DNA of 64,000 bases, taken from contig NIVC01000663.1 in NCBI GenBank assembly GCA_002269645.1, forward strand, positions 1-64,000. The letters run 5' to 3'. Under the pieces are notes generated by a model, which saw only the letters and a list, made by a program, of their open reading frames with translations, made no database searches and was not told the DNA's origin. This DNA comes from Macrostomum lignano. Taxonomy: Eukaryota. Shown here piece after piece: positions 61,281 to 64,000 of the stretch; the stretch's first letter is position 1, and the number at the start of each line of letters is the position of its first letter. Position numbers and translations under genes: made by a program.

Positions 61281-61900
61281 GACACAATGATGCGGTCCAG
61301 TTCAGATATTACAAAAAAGACAATGATGCGGTCCAGTTCAGATACCTAAAAAAAGACACAATGATGCGGTCCTGTTCAGATACCTCAAAAAAGACACAAT
61401 GATGCGGTCCAGTTCAGATATTACAAAAAAGACACAATGATGCGGTCCAGTTCAGATATTAAAAAAGACACAATGATGCGGTCCAGTTCAGATACCTCAA
61501 AAAAGACACAATGATACGGTCCAGTTCAGATATTAAAAAAGACACAATGATGCGGTCCAGTTCAGATATTAAAAAAGACACAATGATGCGGTCCAGTTCA
61601 GATACCTCAAAAAAGACACAATGATGCGGTCCAGTTCAGATACCTCAAAAAAGACACAATGATGCGGTCCAGTTCAGATATTACAAAAAAGACACAATGA
61701 TGCGGTCCAGTTCAGATATTACAAAAAAGACACAATGATGCGGTCCAGTTCAGATATTACAAAAAAGACACAATGATGCGGTCCAGTTCAGATATTACAA
61801 AAAAGACACAATGATGCGGTCCAGTTCAGATACCTAAAAAAAGACACAATGATGCGGTCCAGTTCAGATACCTAAAAAAGACACAACGATGCGGTCCAGC
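61281..61900. repeat. 36-39-bp minisatellite GACACAATGATGCGGTCCAGTTCAGATA(TTAC/CCTC)AAAAAA, about 16 copies
   Basis: Tandem periodicity; shares a 17-bp core with the 2006-2250 array. Confidence 0.95.
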
Positions 61901-62113
61901 TTAGAAAACTTCAAAAATAATTTTATTTCGCGATCTAAATTGAAGACACAAAGTTCACAATAAGATACTGAGAATACCCATATTTGAACTCTTCAACGTT
62001 CAGGTGGTCTTCAGGCAAAAATGCAGCAATTTATTGCCAAAATCGAAACATGCATTAAAAATCTGTGCAGTTAAAAATCCAGTCAATGTGTCCGTGTTGT
62101 CCAGGTGCCATCA

Positions 62114-62742
62114 TCAGCTCGCGCAACCCGCTATTGCAAAGCATGACGTAGACGAATTGTCCTTGCCGCTGTGTCTCTTCCCGTCCCGCTTCGAGTCGCC
62201 AGTTGGAGAGTTGAGCGGCTGGCAGCAGCACACGGGCGTGTAGTACTCGAACTCGGACCTGTCCACGTACAGCAGCACCTCCTGCTGGCCTCGCCGATAA
62301 TAGCGGGCAAGGATTTTCCGGCGACGCTCGGTGAGCTCGAAGTGCACCCGAGTGCGGAACGGATGGTAGGACACGATGACGCCCTCGTCCAAGTGAAACC
62401 CGGCCACCAGCTCGTATTTTGCGCTCTTGGCGCCCAGCTTCTCGCGGAATTTGCGCTGCAACCGCTGCGCCCGGAACTCCTCCATCTGGTCGGGCTCGCG
62501 AAAGTCGAAGGTGAAATGACAGCGGGACGCCTTCTGCTGCTGCTGGTGGCGAGCTCGACCGGCACCTCCGGCGGCAGCTGCCACCACTGCAGACGCGGGC
62601 GCCGCTGTAGCCGAGGCGGCTGTCTGGCTGGGAATTCCGCCAGGCGACATTCCCGACGGTGTCGCACCGCCATTGCTGCTGCCGCCGCGGGACCGCTTTA
62701 ATCGAAGACTCTCGTGCTGCTCCATCACGATGCCGGAGACGC
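62114..62742 (-). CDS. Last coding exon of a convergent gene, protein of unknown function (about 200 aa; ATG at 62725 or an upstream exon)
   Basis: Minus-strand acceptor TTCTAACGCTCTGCAG before 62742. GC-rich ORF with a low-complexity N-part and a globular-looking core (FDFREPDQMEEFRAQRLQRKF...YYTPVCCC). Stop at 62114. Confidence 0.75.
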
Positions 62743-62908
62743 CTGCAGAGCGTTAGAAATATTAAATAGCTGGGTGGTAAAATTGCCTCGGTTAACTACT
62801 GTTTATTTAGTAGCAATGGAGGAAAAACTGCAGCTATTTTTGCAAGGATTGGCCGCTAGAAAATGTTTTTTACGAGACGGAATCTCGAGACCATTTTCAT
62901 AGCTCTAT

Positions 62909-63555
<647 letters not shown>

Positions 63556-64000
63556 CCCGAATCCCCACAGTTCGCCACGGACAATCAAATGCGGTCCTCC
63601 GAGAAATTTTACAATATGAACGGGGTAGGTCATGAAAGAGAGAAAGTTTTGGCGCCTCAGCAAATTCTCACAGTTCCCGCAGACCAGCAACACCTGTTTC
63701 CCTCAGTTTACTACTTTTTTCCGCAGACATTTCCTTTCTCTTTATGGTTGCGATGCGATTTGCTGAATTGAACCGGAGGCAGATTGGGGCCTGGACCGAC
63801 TTCGCTGGGGATTTCGCGTACCCTCTGTCGGGGGGGGGCTTGCCGTGGTGTGATCGGGACTTGGAAAAGTTCAGATCTGTATTCCTGCCGCATGGCACTA
63901 CTCTGTGTGTGTGAGCTACTACAGAGTGAGAATTTTGTATTTCGGTTTGCTGCCAGGGGAGGGGGCAAGTCATAGAGAGTCCGCAAGTCTGCGACAGTAG

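Noticed and set aside
61281-61900. CRISPR-like appearance (constant core of about 28 bp with variable tails); similarly 2006-2250
   Set aside because: The variable parts are near-identical short A-rich variants, not unique spacers. There are no cas genes and the context is a spliced animal gene.

Overview
Eukaryotic (animal) genomic DNA, not prokaryotic. Nearly the whole window is one + strand gene (ATG 1878 to stop 60657) for a giant single-pass cadherin. I reconstructed it by hand as about 39 GT-AG exons with mutually consistent phases, about 3,900 aa. The architecture is signal peptide, about 32 cadherin (EC) repeats, a membrane-adjacent (MAD/SEA-like) domain, a TM helix and a cytoplasmic tail ending in a class I PDZ ligand (-STAL). 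There are no EGF or laminin-G modules, so it resembles the CDH23/PCDH15/CDHR2/CDHR5 (Cr-2) group rather than Fat. Candidate splicing features are a 3-nt microexon (AAC), two 39-nt frame-preserving cassette exons, an in-frame stop-free microsatellite intron and three phase-compatible alternative last exons. One of those last exons is bracketed by mutually inverted G/C-rich arrays. Roughly half the window is tandem repeat: most long introns carry their own micro/minisatellite, and one intron is a 15.8-kb 21/22-bp satellite with higher-order structure. A convergent - strand gene of unknown function ends at 62114. The style (GC-rich codons, minisatellite-filled introns) is reminiscent of Macrostomum-type flatworm genomes; this is inference only. 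Most long ORFs in the supplied track are artefacts of repeats. All exon calls are manual and lack transcript support, and repeat boundaries are approximate.
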